Shown piece by piece: positions 63,367-64,000 of a DNA stretch of 64,000 nucleotides; position 1 is the first letter of the stretch; each line of letters begins with the position of its first letter. The notes below the pieces were generated by a model. The model saw nothing but the letters and a program-made list of their open reading frames with translations, did not search any database and was not told the DNA's origin. The position numbers and the translations under genes are program-made. This DNA comes from Lama guanicoe (lineage: Eukaryota): positions 3,302,283 to 3,366,282 of the forward strand of contig MU053561.1 of assembly GCA_013239625.1 (NCBI GenBank), read 5' to 3'.

Positions 63367-64000
63367 ACAGATAGTTAAATAGAGTATCCAGGTGGTGTCA
63401 AGTGCTATGGAGAGAAATAAAGCAGAGAAGGAGTGTAGAACATGTCAGGACTGGGTGAGGAGGGGATGGGGACCAGTGATACAATTTTATACAAAGACAT
63501 TAGGGAAGGTCTCCAGACAGAGGGAAGTGAGTATAAAGTTTCTCAGGTGGAGTCATGCTTAGAGTGTTCTAGGAAGGACAAGGAAGGAAGCAGTGTGACT
63601 GGAGATAAGTGTGAGAAAGGGGAAAGGGAGGGGAAGATAGATTTAGAGAGGAGGGGGCTCCGGCTCATCCAGGGCCTTTGGGTGTTAGTGTGAGTGAGAT
63701 GGGATATGACTGCAGGACTGGGAGCTGAGGACTGACCTGGAAAAGCAGAGTATGAGCTTGAGGCGTTTTCGATAAGGATTACGTGACTCTGCCCTTTGGG
63801 GGCAGGGGCGACACTTGTTAGGGTGGAACGGCCTGTGGAACGTCAGCTGGAGGCGTTCCGCAGGGATGAGCTGCAGTTCCCAGGGAGGGCCTGGCTGGAG
63901 CTATGCACTGGGACATCCTGGGATTGTAGGTGGGATCTGGAGCCACAGAAGTGGGTAAAATGGCTTAGGCTGCATGTGTAGAGTCTGAAGAGAAGAGGGC
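63165..64000 (-). mobile_element. L2 fragments (run to window end)
   Basis: tttattgggtatttactatgtgcctgg...ccttatggagcttt...aagtgctatggagagaaataaagcag...agggaaggtctcc. Confidence 0.65.
63273..63372. repeat. Compound tetranucleotide microsatellite (AGAT)12(AGAC)4(AGGC)7 AGAC AGAT
   Basis: Units counted directly from the sequence. Confidence 0.95.

Noticed and set aside
1..64000. Prokaryotic-type novel system (CRISPR array, retron, defence operon)
   Set aside because: The sequence is clearly mammalian repeat-rich DNA with no operon structure or repeat-spacer array. The only reverse transcriptase is ordinary L1 ORF2.

Overview
Mammalian nuclear DNA, most likely camelid (alpaca/llama/camel). About ten tRNA-derived SINEs carry the head GGGGAGGGTATAGCTCAGTGGTAGAG and the tail ACCTAATTACCTCCC that I recognise as camelid Vic-1-type, and young L1 copies are present. 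The window is repeat-dense intergenic/intronic sequence. It holds young and old L1, L2, MIR, MaLR/ERVL LTRs, three solo ERV1-class LTRs of one MER41-like family, hAT MITEs (MER5, MER45, MER58, MER96-like) and microsatellites. I recognise no host protein-coding exon; the only credible ORFs are L1 ORF2 remnants, one with an unbroken ~660-codon frame. Non-repeat signals are four promoter-like regions: ~26.2 kb, a CpG island at 43.2-44.5 kb, an ETS/Sp/CCAAT cluster at 47.8-47.9 kb, and a CpG island at 59.7-61.4 kb with a CTCF motif and clustered STAT/GAS sites. I do not see a supportable novel biological system. The best leads are orphan promoters of possibly unannotated transcripts, a GAS-bearing MER41-like LTR, nested insertions with clean TSDs, and a very young YADD-type L1. 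Repeat family names come from recalled consensus sequences, not a database search, and the boundaries of old repeats are approximate.
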